NCBI GenBank assembly: GCA_051942165.1
Contig: JAVECS010000002.1
Coordinates: 1-64,000 of the forward strand
Length of the DNA: 64,000 nt
Direction: 5' to 3'
From: Circinaria calcarea
Taxonomy: Eukaryota
Shown: positions 49,725 to 63,200 of the stretch, piece after piece
How the letters are laid out: each line of letters starts with the position of its first letter
Position numbering within the stretch: the first letter of the stretch is position 1
The notes under the pieces: model-generated
Told to the model about the DNA's origin: nothing
What the model saw: only the letters and a program-made list of their open reading frames with translations
Databases searched by the model: none
Translations under genes and position numbers: made by a program

Positions 49725-50062
49725 AGTATATGTGTTATGCGTACTCAAGAACCGGAACGCTTTCAGCCACCGAACACGTGGAGTAACTGCGATTTCTAGG
49801 CCTTCTCAAGCCGCAACATGTACGCGAACCGGGGTGAAAGTTGGCTTTGGCTAGGATTCGGTCCTCTGGGTGGGGACGAAGATCACACGTATATGACTTA
49901 CAATTAGAATGGGTTCTAACGAAGACAGCAAGCCATTTGAGGTACCAAGCGCAATACATGGAGTGGGTACTGGAATTCTCGTCTGATATATCCATTGCGT
50001 ATAACTCATAACGCACTGCAATATCTATAAAAAAGTCGAGCCGATAAAGTAGATAGAGCGGA

Positions 50063-53000
50063 TTATGACCCGACACATTGAAATGACAAGGACCAACAAG
50101 GCAATATACATGTAGGTGATAGATTATACCCCCATTGAAGTGAATATACCAGACGAAGATTGGGCAAAGCAACCAGCTGCTTTGACCGAACCCGTTTTCG
50201 CTTCATAGCCATGGAGTCAATCTCTTCGTCGGGTACTCTACCCATCAGGACCATCAGTATACATAACTCTATCGACTCTGCCTCCTCTTCTCGTACTGGA
50301 AGTCTCTTTTTGTCAGCACCATAATCTAAAAGAATCTGCTGAATTGCCTTATGTCCGAGTCGGGTTGCCATGGAGAATGGTGTGATATTAGAATCGCTCT
50401 TCGCATTCACGTTCGCCCCTAATCTTAATAGCACTTATACAGAGCCTCCTTTCTCCCGTCGAACCGCGTGGTGGAGCGGGGTAAACCCACCGGGACCTTC
50501 AATGTCTATTTCCACGCCCTTCTTTACAAGCATGTAGGTAATCATCAAATGTCCTTCACTGGCCGCGGAGTGGATCATTATCACCCCCGTCCCCGTTCTC
50601 GAGTCACATCAGCTTCACTCTCCAGCAGCCACGACATGATTTCTTCGTAACCACCTTCAGCAGCATAATGAATGGGCGTCATGCCCTCCTCGTCTCTTGC
50701 AAATGGATCAGCCCCATAATCTAGCAGCCACGAAACGATTTCTTCGTATCCACCTTCAGCAGCATAATGAATGGGCGCCATGCCCTCCTCGTCTCTTGCA
50801 AACGGATCGGCCCCATACTCCAGCAACACATGCACAGCTGATATGTGACCCTCCTGTGCTGCGCAATGCAATGCTGTTCTTCCGAAGTCATCTTTCATGT
50901 CAATATCCATCCCTGTTTTCAACAACTCCTTAATTGCCTTGCATTGCCCTGCTTCTGCCGCACAGTGAAGCGACGTCCCATACCAATTAGCTTTCGTAGG
51001 ATCAGCCCCCTCTGCCAGAAGCATCCGCACCAACTCTGAATGTCCATAAGACGCCGCTCGCATCAATGCTGTAGTCCCTATATACGTTTTAGCGTCGATA
51101 TCAACTTCTTTCGAGTCCACGATCTTGCGAGCTGCATCGTGTAGCCCAAACAAAGCCACTACATGCAGCTCAGTGACACTTTTGACTTCATCTGGCTCCC
51201 AATACTTTTTCCTCAATCCTCGCAAGAATTGATGGACTTGGATATGGAACGACCTTCTGAGCTTGGAGCGCAGGAGATTGAGAGCCAACTGAGCCACGCT
51301 TTCGTCTTGAGAACTCTGCACATGCTTTCCCCAGTGGGTTGCCGCATATCCGAGGAAAGGGTATTCTTCCAACCGATCCAGGATGTCTTCTTCACGATCG
51401 CAACAGCCCTCCGCGAATGAGTCAAAGAAAAGGTATGTGAGACACATTTCTGCAATCTCGCTTTCACCGGAAGGGAATATCTCTTTCTGCTGGTCCCGAA
51501 AATATTCTTGTACGGCATAATGCACAAGGCGGATCCGCCCGCTTTCTTCATCAGTGGTGACTAAGCCCAAGCAGCATTCAACCATCATCTTCTGCGATGG
51601 ACGATTCTTGGGATTCAAAGCAGGCTGTCCGGATCTGATGGCCAGGGCATCACTTAACTCATTCACCATAAGTGGACTCTTTGCGTGCGATAACCACATC
51701 AAAGTGTTCATGCCCAATCGGTTTCGGCCACCGGGCTGTCGTTGGATCCTTGCCAACGTCTCCTTGAAGGCGTCATGCAAGGTTCGTGGCATTATGTCGA
51801 GTGCTTCCTCCATCTCTCCTGCAGTGGGTTCGCTCATAATTGTCTGGATCTGTAAGGCCGGTAAGAGGAACCTGAAGTGGGTTCAGATCCCGTATTCGCG
51901 AGGGAAAAGGGACGCCATATTCTGATAGATATGGTTACTTGGTCAGGCCTACTTACATTTTTTGAGCTCCACTTGTGATCCTTTCAATAATCTCAATTTT
52001 GAAACTTTCGTCGATGATATCTGTAAGACCACCAATCTCGATTTCTCTTGATAGATACCTCCTCAAATCTGACTCGCTTGCTTCAATCCTGATCTGTGGA
52101 GCCGAATCGAAAGTCCTTTTGATATCTTGAAGATATGGGCGACTTGTGACAAACAAACTGATATTCGGCGCTGTTTGTAGACTAGTCAAGACCTGCATGA
52201 AAGTCCTTCTATACCTGCCCTCGTCACATTCATCTAGAGCGTCAACAACGAAGAAGACTCGATCAAAATCCTGGCAGGTAATCGAGAGCATTTTCTCGAG
52301 GTCTTGCAGTTGGGGTCGCTTTTGCTGGTCCCCCAGCTTTTCATGAATTTCCGAAACGGCTTTGGGAATTGCAGACCCTGTAGCAACAACTTGTTTAAGG
52401 AGACTGGCCAGCATATTATCTGGTGACTGGTGGTCTTGGTTCCGATAGTCAAAGTATAGAAATGCTATAGCGGTATTCGGATTAGTGAAGTCATCCCTCA
52501 ATCGATCGATCACTAGGGAACTGTACTCCGTAAATCTCTATCATTCTACAAAGACATTCACCGCAGGGCACATACGTAAGCACGGATTTTCCGGAGCCCT
52601 GGATGCCATGGCACCATAAGACCTTGGGTGAATCTTTATCGTCACGCCACTGCCGGAATTCGTTTCGATCCAGTAGCCACTCACCGGTGCCTTCGACACG
52701 TGGCATACGGATTGCGTGATGCTTTTGCTCGTATTCGAAGGTCGATATCCAATTGAGGATGTTCTCCCGCTCCTGAACTTCACGATGATTTCGTAACTCT
52801 CGATTTTGCTCTAATCAGTCCAGAATCAACTTGTGTATAGGGACAGTATGGGTGAAGTCATTTCATGTATTTCTCCAAGATAGGTTTACCTTCAATTGAA
52901 CGCTTCATGGAACTTGAGTGAAGGTCGAGCTCCTTGAGTATTTGAAAGCTCTCAAGCTGCTTTCCTAGAATTTCCATGACATCCTCTGATGTCTTTGCAA

Positions 53001-53469
53001 GAAGTGCACTGATAGAATTAGAATTTGACGAGATTTGAGGAGGTAGATCACAAGGGCTTTACCATCCATCGACCGTCAAGGCGAACTGGATCCACTGCGA
53101 AAATGCTCGTAGTTCCTGCATCGACTGTTGATGCTCCTTCTCGTTCAGAGGCCATAAGGCTCTGGTGATCCGGCTCTCTCCGACTGCAGTCAACTTATTA
53201 TACAACGTCCTGATAGTGGCCTGGCAGGCACTAGTGCTAGAGACCAGCACGGAAGTTTCTCGAAACGACTGTCCTTTGGCATTCTCGCTACGGAGAAATT
53301 CGTCCAGACGCGACAAGTTCGAGTAGAGTATGTCAAGCTCCTTGGCCAGTGCAGCGGCAGCCTTGCTGGCATTCCTGGCGCCATCGAAGTACTCTTTGGT
53401 TAGGGTCAATGTCTTTGCAATCAATCCAATCAGACCTGTGATTCCAACAGCGAGAGAGAATGGATCCAT
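50063..53469 (-). CDS. Fungal NLR-like STAND protein: HeLo-like N-terminus, NACHT, ankyrin repeats; reading frame ends at 50581, last ~3 ankyrin repeats disrupted
   Basis: MDPFSLAVGITGLI..RALWPL N-terminus; GTGEWLL, Walker A GIQGSGKS, FLYFDY, Walker B FFVVDALDEC, FVTSRP, MFLLPALQI, RLVHYAVQEYF, ankyrin TALHCAA; 4 introns; frameshift ~50605 and TAA 50435. Confidence 0.88.
50624..50821. repeat. Tandem 99-bp duplication encoding one ankyrin repeat unit
   Basis: 50624-50722 vs 50723-50821, ungapped, about 8 mismatches by eye; LLDYGADPFARDEEGMxPIHYAAEGGYEEI twice. Confidence 0.92.
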
Positions 53470-56449
53470 AACCAAGTGGTCAGGCGGCAGGTGACCATGG
53501 ACCAAGTCAACCGCGCCAGGCAGGATTGATCAAGTGTCTGCGAATCATTCGGTGTTGGCGATGAAGGCATGCAACGGCTGATAGAAACAGGCTGCAGTCC
53601 ACGCTCGGGAAGTCGAGCCTGGGAGTCAAGATGGCAGCCTTGTAGGGTCATTGTAGCGACCGGGACCATGTAACGCCGTGCCTGGTTCATCCTGGCAGAC
53701 CGAAACCGAGTGAGCTGGGCGCCAAGTCGCAAGGCTGAAATCGTAAATACCTACCTAAGTCTCGGCGCACGCACATAAGTTATTGCGGGTATTTGAATAT
53801 CGCAACACCACTTATTTTATATACAAATTGGACATGAATCGACCATGAAAATCGTTGTCGCCTTCATGCTGTATGATCTTTTCAAGTATGGAGGTATGCG
53901 CTCAATCCATTCATTGATCAATTACGCCTATAGAAGTTACCTCTGCACAGAGTGCCCGTGCGCGGAGACTTAAAACCAGAAAGAGGTTCCATTCCAATCA
54001 TCTACGCTATGGCATCGCTCTCCCAAGGCCAAGGCCCACCAACATTTCACCCTACCGTTGGATGTTCCCCTAAGCCTTGACACACTTACCCGGCGGCCTT
54101 TACACGAACATATGACATGGCCCCTCAATTGCGGGAAGCGGGGTACAACCCTCGTTTCTCCACGAAATCCAAAGTCTATGATGCTTGCAAGATTACGTTG
54201 GCCGGTTCGGGGAATTAAGCATGTGGTGTCTGATAATGGAGATAAGAAGTGAGAGGGAACGGGAACGGGAAAATGCTGATAGGAGAATGACGAGATCAGG
54301 TTGAGGAAGTGAAGGCAGGAAGACTTAATACGAGGGATAAGAGGGGAAGGATCATCGATTATGCCGCCGAGAAGAGAATTGCTTACGACGAAGGCATTGA
54401 GATTAGCAGCTGCGAGGCTAGCCTTGGAAACGAAGACTTGTGTGAAAGTGGCTTGAGCCTGAAGGTGGTAGAGGTTCGCCTATATGCTGGCATGACGCTG
54501 ACTTCATAAGCGGGACACCCCCCTTCTCATCCCGTGTCGATCGATCTTTTCATTCCTACGGGTGTTGTTATCAGACTTCCCGTTTCCATGCAATCTCGCC
54601 TCACTTTAGCTAACTCCGGCTAGTAGATAGTACCATTAGCCTTCTCCACCAATTTGTAAGGTATCCATTAGCAGGTCGCCCAATTGCGGCACATCATGCT
54701 CTCTTCGTTTCCTTCGTTGCGTTTCACGCACGTTCCTACACCTGCCTAGTTTCTGCGAACCATCCGCCAGTTTGCGAACTGTATTCTTCCACACTGCTGA
54801 ATGGTGCCAAGGAGGACATATTTTGATGCACATCATCCCGCGGTTGTGTCGCTTAAGATTAGTGGTTCTCAAGTTTACAGATCTATATGGCGTGATGATA
54901 CCCTCATACAAACGTCGTATATGACCACTAGTTTCCGCTTCCGGCTATCATTTCTCTGTTCCTCTTCCCCTCCCAAAACAAGGCATCCTTTCGTTTAGGA
55001 GTCCTTCACCTCAGCCTTCTCCAGATACTCTCTCAAACCTGCTCACCGGGATATAGCCAAGTTAGCCCCTAGGATCATGTACTCTTCCACCTCCCGAAAC
55101 CATGGCTATATAGGCCTCCCACTAGATAAGCAGTTTCCGGCCTTGCGTTGTCATTGTGTACCATTGTGGTCCGCGGCCCTTCCAAGCAGGTGATGTGAGG
55201 TATTAGTTTAGACAAGTTTATAGGGTTGAGCTACCGCCTAAAAACCGTTGCTCTGGCAGCCTGAATCAGCTGCAACCTAGGGGATAAGTCAAGGTGGGTT
55301 GGCACAAGTCAGATACTAGGAGTGCATTGAAATAAGTTTGAGGAGTTTCAGCCTTCCCAAGTGGAAAACAGACTCAGTTCAGATCAACTGACCTCATGAT
55401 CGTGATCTTAGAAGATGTCACGCATGAGACCTCGTATACCTTACGATCGTCCCATTACCTAAAATTATTGGTTTATGTAAATATCGACAAGGCTGCAAGA
55501 TTGTCGTGTGCTGTGATGGGAGCGGTTGCCTGGAAGCAACTTGGAGAGTACGTTACATCTCGGGTCACGTGCCAAGCGCTCCCCCAAAACGTCTCACGTC
55601 ACCCTTATTGTTTACTCAGTACCAGTACGTCTCAGACCGGGTGCGTAACTCTCATTCCAAAGCTTCATCTAACCATTCAGGCACTCGTCTTACATACGGA
55701 TCTATAAGCCACAATGATCATTTAGTTCATATTCTTTTGAACTCCTTTGTTTATAGCAGAACCATCAAAGATCTATCAGAGATGACATCAAATCTTCAAG
55801 TTTTTGCTAGGAATCTTAATATCAGTATTAGTAACAGTAGCAGCAGGAATTGTATGCTATAACGCATTGAGCCCCTACCACCGTATTCTTACTACAGGCA
55901 AAAAGAAGGACCTGTACTCGAGGATAGCCTTCGAGAGTTGTGATAATGTTAGCATTCTAGAGTCACCACGTCATTCCCACCTTCCTAGCAGAAACTTCAG
56001 GTCACGGGAGATTATAAACGGCTAACTACTCGTAGCGAAATTGTCACTTGGAAAAGTTAGTGTCAACCTTGAGATCTAAACCGCAAATTCTACACGAGTG
56101 CCTGATCTAGGTTCGAAAGCAGATCCGTTGCAGCCGAATCTTTTAGGTGGTACGGCTAGACCCGAGAGCCAAACATAGTGAGAGTAACAGAAGACGGTAG
56201 TAGCAGTTGCAAGTAGAGACTCCTTCTCGTGGATAACTACGCCAAGGCTTCCAGATATCTTGACATCTAATTTTCAAACATGCAAAAAGTTTCAAGGATG
56301 TTTGGATAGTTCCATTCGATTCAAACCTTTTACAGCGGATCGAAATGAAGAATATACCAGCTTTCCAGTGCCATCAGAACTTTCGAATATGTAATGCAGA
56401 TCTTCGCAGTAAATAAGTCGTGATATAGACCTTTTGGGTTCGCGAAAAC

Positions 56450-57241
56450 TCAAGACTCCTAAGCAGGACTGTTTAAGAAGAGGCTTGTGAGCTTAACTTA
56501 AAGTTCCCGGCGTACACTGCAAGGAGTATAAGGACTAGAACGGCTTGCGTTAAGGTTGATAGTCTTGATACTGGTAATGAAATCACGTTGCAAGAAGTTC
56601 TCCTAGCTATGAAGCGTAACTTTATGTAATAGCAGCTAATTTTCTAAAAATGACTCCCATTAGAGAGCCCTTGAGCCTATGCCATGTATATAAAACGATT
56701 TGACGATAAGGAGTGGCTGGAAGTTTCCCATTAAGCTTGAACCTACCTACCTTCTCACAGAGATCTTAGTTAGTTGTCCTTCCATTGAGAAGGGAAGAGC
56801 TTACCCGTAGGCAAACCTCTGTTCGCGCAGACCCAAATTGTAGCCAGCCAGAGGCGTCGTGATAACAAGTTTTTGTGGCTGAGGCCAACCCTCGTTATGA
56901 AGTCGGGAATATCGTAAATAACAAATACGGCCATGCTGATTGGGTGCTCAATTGCCGATTTTTCGTAAGGTACAGTTAATAACACTTATTGCCAATACTA
57001 AGTGCTGCATAAAATTGTTTGTGACTATCTGAAGTAAGGAAATCGTAAAGTGTAAGCTGGAAAGAATGACGGTATAAAAGAAAGTGACTATGGTGCCCAG
57101 AGATGCATTCAGCTTGGAGGCCATCTTAATACGAATATAGTTTGCCTGGTTCTGTCGATTTAAGATCTTGATTACTGGCCGTGATCTGCTAGCTAAGGAA
57201 TCAATTTGTCTCCACGCAGCTTTGCTACAGGTACTTTTCAT
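56450..57241 (-). pseudogene. Degraded small multi-TM protein ORF directly downstream of the Est1-type gene
   Basis: Hydrophobic segments GTIVTFFYTVILSSLHFTISLL, HLVLAISV/LLTVPY, ISMAVFVIY, LWLATIWV, then GTAAGC..CTAAC intron-like signal, LTQAVLVLILLAVYA; frameshift/stops between them. Confidence 0.35.
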
Positions 57242-57364
57242 GTACGAGCTAAGGATGCACGGTTAGTATCACTCTCCAGTTTGTATATCTGGTAGCTGGA
57301 GAGAGCTGGTGAGCCTTGTTCATGTAGATGGCCACTATATGTATGTCGATTAACCCTTGTCCGG

Positions 57365-60300
57365 TCATGGTTCGTTCAAGCCGTGACTGTCAGGTCCAAA
57401 AAGGACAGAAACGCCGTCATGCTTTGAAAAATCGGACGCATATTCGTTGGTATTAAACTTTGGCAGTAACATCTTTGATCCGTGATGTTCACCTTTTAGC
57501 CACGCATCAGAATCAGGGTGTACACGCGGCGGTGGCGGGCTATGGCCCTCGAGCTTCGCATTCAACCTATCCGGCATTTCAACAATGTCATCTTTGGTCA
57601 GGATCTTTTTAGGCGTCCATGGCGGAGAGGTCTTGTGTGGACTTGGAGGCGTTGGAGGTGTAGTGCTGGCCTCTCTCCCCATTGCCTCAGCATGCCGTTG
57701 TGTCGGAACAAAACTGTCTGACATCATAGGAACCTCGGAATCTTCGATGCCAGACATGACATGATAAGTCGAATGTGGCAAGGGCTGTGCTAACCTACTG
57801 ATCTCATTCTTCGGGAGATCGTTAACGTATTGTGTAGCCGAAAAAGTTCGGGTATGGCTATCGTAATGTATCCATCGATCACCCTATGCGTGTCAGTTGA
57901 CATCACAAAGTCGTAAGTAGGAGACAAACAGCAGCAATACGAGTTCCCAGCCACAGTATTCGCTCTATGCGAGGAGCAGCGAAGGAGGGAAGTTCAAGAG
58001 ACCGTTCTTCGTCATCTACCTTTGCGTCCTTAAACCACGTATTCGGAAAATAGTTGTTACTCCACAATTGACCGCGCATAACAAAGTCTTCTGGCAAAGG
58101 TCTACTAGTACCGGTATCGGGCTTCGGGAAAGCTTCGTTGGTAATTCTGTTCGTTGTTACTTGGGACTTCGCCAACGTAGTCAAGAATGAAGCCAGCTCA
58201 GACCAGGGGACGTCCATCTCGATTTGTTTCATTGCTTTTTCAACAGCAATAAGGCTCCGAAGAAACACAAGATAGGTGTGCACCAATGGGTATACGTTTT
58301 TATCGCCCACACGTCCGAGGGCAACTGAAAGGGTACCAAAGGTTATCGTCGATGCATGTTTGATATTTCTTCTAGATAATTCGACTTCGTGTTCCGTTAA
58401 GCCGTCAACAGTCAGTTTTGGTGCAGATGGAGTAGCTGGAATTTCGAGGCTATCAACACCCTCAGCCTTTGCTGAGGAATGTTCCTGTCCTTGCACTTTC
58501 CGAACTTGAACTTCCTCAAAAGCCAAGCGAAATATGGACCTCGAAAAATCCTTGGCACGTAATCGCCCATAGTCGAACAGCGAAGCAATGTTAGATAATG
58601 CCGCAAACACCCCTTGTTCCTTGAACTTAGCAGTCACTCGTCCAATGTAGCTGTCCATTAAACCATCACGCAACTGTTGGACGCAATTACTGAACTCCTC
58701 AGTAGAAGTTTCTGTAAAGAGCAACCCATGCGCCTTGATGAAGATTGTTTCCACGGACGATGCTCTGTGATATACCGACTCCCGCCCTTCTAATATCGGG
58801 TTGAAGAGGGTCATGATACTCGCCCTAGCACTTTCAAAAGGTAAAACGCAAGTTAGAGCTCGTAAGTAAAGGCTTAGCTGCTGCAGGGTGAATGGCCTGG
58901 CCAGGATCGCTAGATGGTGGTACAGGCGTCCAACTTGCGGATTGTTGTCGGCTGCTTTACCGTACCAGAACCGAGCGACACCAGACCAGACCTCCCGGTC
59001 CCGTATGTCATCGTCTTCGATCGCCATACGATATCTACCCAGATCCCCCAAGCACTCTATCCAGGTATCCTCAAAAGTGGGGACAGTCTCATATAACAAT
59101 GCCATCATTGAGTAAGCAATATATATAAAAGCTAGCATATGATCTAGAGACTCCGGGAGCCGGTGCCTGAGGACTTCGAGGAAGGCGTGGATCCCATGTC
59201 TCCACATTCTCGCTGGCATTGAATATTTAGCTGCCAGTCGACTTAGAGCTGGACTGGCGGAAGGATGCTGAGACGCAAGGAAGAAATCATGGTGTTCATG
59301 GAGCAACGTCTTATGTAAAGCTATTAACGCCTGCCATTGTTCAGTTGTTAAGAGGGTTCGACGTGCAGGATTTCTATCTTGTGCAGCCGCAGACTGCTTT
59401 TCATCAACGTCGATACACTTAGCTTCGACCATGACCAAGCCAGCATAAATGCCTTTGACTTCAACAACTAATTGTTCATGAGATATGGGACGGGTTTCAG
59501 GCTGTAATAGTATCTTTGGCTCTTCATCCATCCAAATATCGGAGTCAGACTGGCCACCTGCTAATTCCGGATAATCTGGCTGCTCCAAAGACGGAGTAAT
59601 TTCATAATCAGAAGGCCGCTGCTGACGAGCATAGCCCTGAGCAGCACGATCCTTAATTTCAAACGATTCATACTGGGAACTGAATAAACGTGACCTAGGA
59701 TCATGTACTCGCTGAGAAGCTAGGGACGTATCAGCCTTTTTAGATCGGTGATTATTTGAGCTGTATGGAGGGCTATCAGTGTTTGGGTCGAATAGCCTCC
59801 TGCTTGGTGTGGAACGATCCCGAGGTAATTCTGTTTCGCTAATTAGAGGGGTCCGCCTGTTAAATTCGGGGTCTTTGGATATAAATGGGCCGCCAGATAG
59901 TGCTTTGGTACGTCGAGTTCTTGATAATCCATTCTCTTCCAAGTTATCCGCGGGTTGGTTCGCGAGAGATTCTCCTGCGGCCGCGCGCTTCAGGGGATTG
60001 AAAGATGGTTGGGATGCTCTTCCGTCTCCGGACATATGGGATGAAGGAATGTCTGCAATTTGGTTCAAAGAAAGCTTCTCAAAATTTCCGATCTTATTAT
60101 CCAGTGACCTTGGGGGACCCGTGGTAGACACCGGTCTACTCGACGGGGAATGAGATTGTCCATCATCCCCAATGTTTGGTTTCATTGAATCATTGTCGTT
60201 GGAAGACGCCTTCGACATCCGTGGGAACAAACCAGAGGCAAGTCGACTTGAACCCTTCTGCTTGCTGTTTCAAAGTGTTAGCGTTCTCCAAGACTGCCGT

Positions 60301-60597
60301 CTCTCATGCAGTGCATCGAAGATAGGAAGAGAGTGCCGGGTGTATTTGGCGTTAGAAGTGAGGATCTTGATGCACTTACGATCTGTTCAGTGCTTCGGCA
60401 ACGAAAGGCTTCCAAGGTGCGCTCTCTCGCGAACTCCCAACAGCTTCCGCATGATTGGCGGTCGCATGATCCCACAATCTCTGCTCGGTCTGAAAGAGAT
60501 GTTCATCTGGACAGTATGGGCAGATGAATGTCCTGGTGGACCGTCGTTGATGTTCCTGGAACTTCCTAGCGAGGATATGGCCCTTTTCCGTGCTCAT
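57365..60597 (-). CDS. Est1/SMG6-type DNA/RNA-binding (TPR-like) domain protein with N-terminal C2H2 zinc finger, 3 exons
   Basis: Exon 1 CPYCPDEHLFQTEQRLWDHATANH, intron ~60379-60265; PETRPISHEQLVVEVKGIYAGLVMVEAKC, WQALIALHKTLLHEHHDFF, WIECLGDLGRYRMA, GRLYHHLAILA, RPLPEDFVMRG; intron ~57930-57884 to last exon. Confidence 0.85.
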
Positions 60598-62249
60598 TAT
60601 ATCGGAAGCCAGGTGCCAACGCTATCTTCCGAGTTGGAGAAGAAGAACATCCGCAAGCTAAATGATGGCCTGCGACGACTGGTAATGTGAATCAGTGCTG
60701 TAGACGATAGAGTTAAATCTGGCATTGCGGTCAATACCTCGATCCTCTGTCAGAGTTCCGCAATCGGAGACGCTTTCTATGTGACTGTCACCACGTGATT
60801 AGCACGATGAGCCGTGGATCTCCAGGATGCAGGTTGTTGACATTTGAGTGAGAAGCGGTGAAAGACAAAAGACATACTTAGCATGAGGCTCAACAATCGC
60901 CTTAAATGGTTGCCTTATGGCGAACTTCCATGCATCAGGCAGCATAAGTAGGCAACCCCGCTATTTACCCGAAGCCGCGCCCTTGCTACCCTACCAGGTG
61001 ACTTTGTGTTGCTGCCTCTTCGCCTCGTTTGCCCTACCTACCTACACTGCTCGGTGATCCTGTCTAGAAAAAGAGATTTTTATTTGCATCAGAGTATTTT
61101 TGCACAGGTATTCGAGTTGACCCCCAAAGTACTCCGTATAGAAAGAAAATATTATTGATCAAGCTCGATCACTGTTTCTTGGTATTAGGATATCCAGTAC
61201 GGAGTAAGTACTTAACAACTCCTACGACCCCTGCAAACGTTCCCCGCACGGTACAGGTCACTCCATGTATGCAGTTACACGCTTTCCTTCCCACCCGAGC
61301 GTTCGCCTCGCTGCCTCATCTGTTATCATTGCTGAGTTTTTTCCTCGCTGTGTTGGAGCTCTTTGAACACAACAGCGTTACACTGCTCGACCTGTAATAC
61401 GCTTACAGCCCCGGTTTTCCCTATACGGACAATTCTTCTCCTTGACGTCTTCGAAACGTTATATGTAAGACGTTCAGACTTCACCATCTCTATATATCAG
61501 CTTACTGTGTTCTTCAGACTTGTCGCAAAGTCGTGAGAGGTCACATCTAAATGTCGGTGAGCGATGCGGTGTTCCGGAATCATTCCAACATCAACAGGCT
61601 CACTAACTAGTAGCACACCTGCGACGAGACCCAGCCCATTGCTGGCAAGCCGCCTGAGGACCGGCAGCCAATGCAGAAGCTCAGAACCTGCTCATCATTT
61701 GGCCCCGAACCTTGTATAATCAATGAATGCCACTTCCTCTGAATCATGGAGAACGGCAAGGAGATGCACTGCAAATTAAGGGGGCGGATGCAGGATCAGG
61801 TCCTTACTCTTTCCATCTCGTGATATGCAAGCCTGCAACGGCAGCACAGAGGCAACTGGCGACTGTGCCAGGTATAGCTTCCAGCGAATGGCCTTGTCAC
61901 AGCAACCATCCCAAATATGCGTTGCAACCTGGAAGCGGAGGAGCCTTCACTATGGTTGTGTTGCCTGAGGTATCAACCTTGTGGCTTCTGTTTGAGCTTC
62001 TATGCTTTGACCCGAACCTCAGCGTAGGCATAAGGCTAAGCTTAAAGATAGCACTTGCCAGTGAATTGATATTTACCGGCACGGTTGCACTGAGCATGGA
62101 GAATGTCCAAATTACAGATGATATAGCTAGATGAACAGTAGTAAGACCTCAGTCGGCTCCTTTACCTTCGGTTTGCATTTCAAGAAAGTCACTCCAAGCT
62201 TTACCCATGTGGGCTAACCAATTGGCTCCCTGCACGCTGCAAGCTGCAT

Positions 62250-63200
62250 GAAGCCCTACCAATCAGGAAAAAACAGGGCCACTCTACCTGAGTAAAATAC
62301 CCTTTCATAATACCTACAGTTCTTTCTGAGGCTGTTCGTTTGGCCGACATATAAGATGACACGACATCCCACCGCATTCGAGTTTAACTCGTGGCTACCC
62401 AAATTTCCAATGATGCCGAACTCTCTCATTCCAACGATGGCTACGTACATATGCCAGTGGCTGACCGAAGATGGCCCCTGAACAATGGTCAAGAGCCCCG
62501 CTTTGCCTGATAGCAGTTATCACGGTCTCACTAAGCCATTTTCTGGGCTTGAACGTATCGATGCTGTAATCAATGCATTAGTATGGGCCGGTTAGCCGAT
62601 CCAGTCTGTGTGCGCAAGGCTGTCTGCGTGTACGCCATACAGAGGCAACCACGAACTCTTGAGCTATTTACCCTCGCGACTTTACGGAGTAGAACTCGGC
62701 AAATTGAACCGACTCGCTGAACTTGGTCGCTCACACCACTGTTCAGTTCCTATCACCGGTCATATTGTGTAGCATACGAGGATTTTTGATCTGCAAGAAG
62801 TTTGGGGTGCTTCCTTGGCTCATCGACAGTGATCGCCTCACTTTCACTCTTGGATCTCACCCGTCCGCAAGCATGCGGGTACTGACCCACCATGGAAACA
62901 AAACTCAACCCCCACACCCTTTTCACATGAACCAACCTCCAAGCGCATGTGGTTAAAGCGGTTACTTTCTAATCGGAGCGATGACCACTCCCTCTCACAG
63001 TCCCAGAAGAAGTTGATGGCAGGACTCTTGAGATGTCAACCTATCTGTGAGTGCCAATCAGTGGATATACAGCTAGTATCCATCCAGCGCGTTGAAGTGT
63101 CGATACTATTTGCGAAAGGGTTGCATAAGGACTATCTTGGAGGCCCAGGCAATCTCACACTTGGGTCTATCATGCCCGTTTGACCTAGACGGTCAGGTGA
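62250..63200 (-). pseudogene. Heavily decayed cytochrome P450 pseudogene
   Basis: Collinear remnants: DPSVRLPGPP (proline hinge), VVIAP, VRSKSESEAITVDEPRKHPKLLA (J-helix-like), LPLYGVH, DTFKPRKWL (PERW), GQPLAY followed by GTACGT donor; many stops/frameshifts. Confidence 0.5.

Noticed and set aside
55782..55862. Short ORF ending RNCML as an a-factor-like pheromone
   Set aside because: Cys is third from the end, not a CAAX box
2101..60597. Functional clustering of splicing, RNA quality control and telomere/DNA repair genes
   Set aside because: Ordinary housekeeping neighbours; no shared motif or other sign of co-regulation seen
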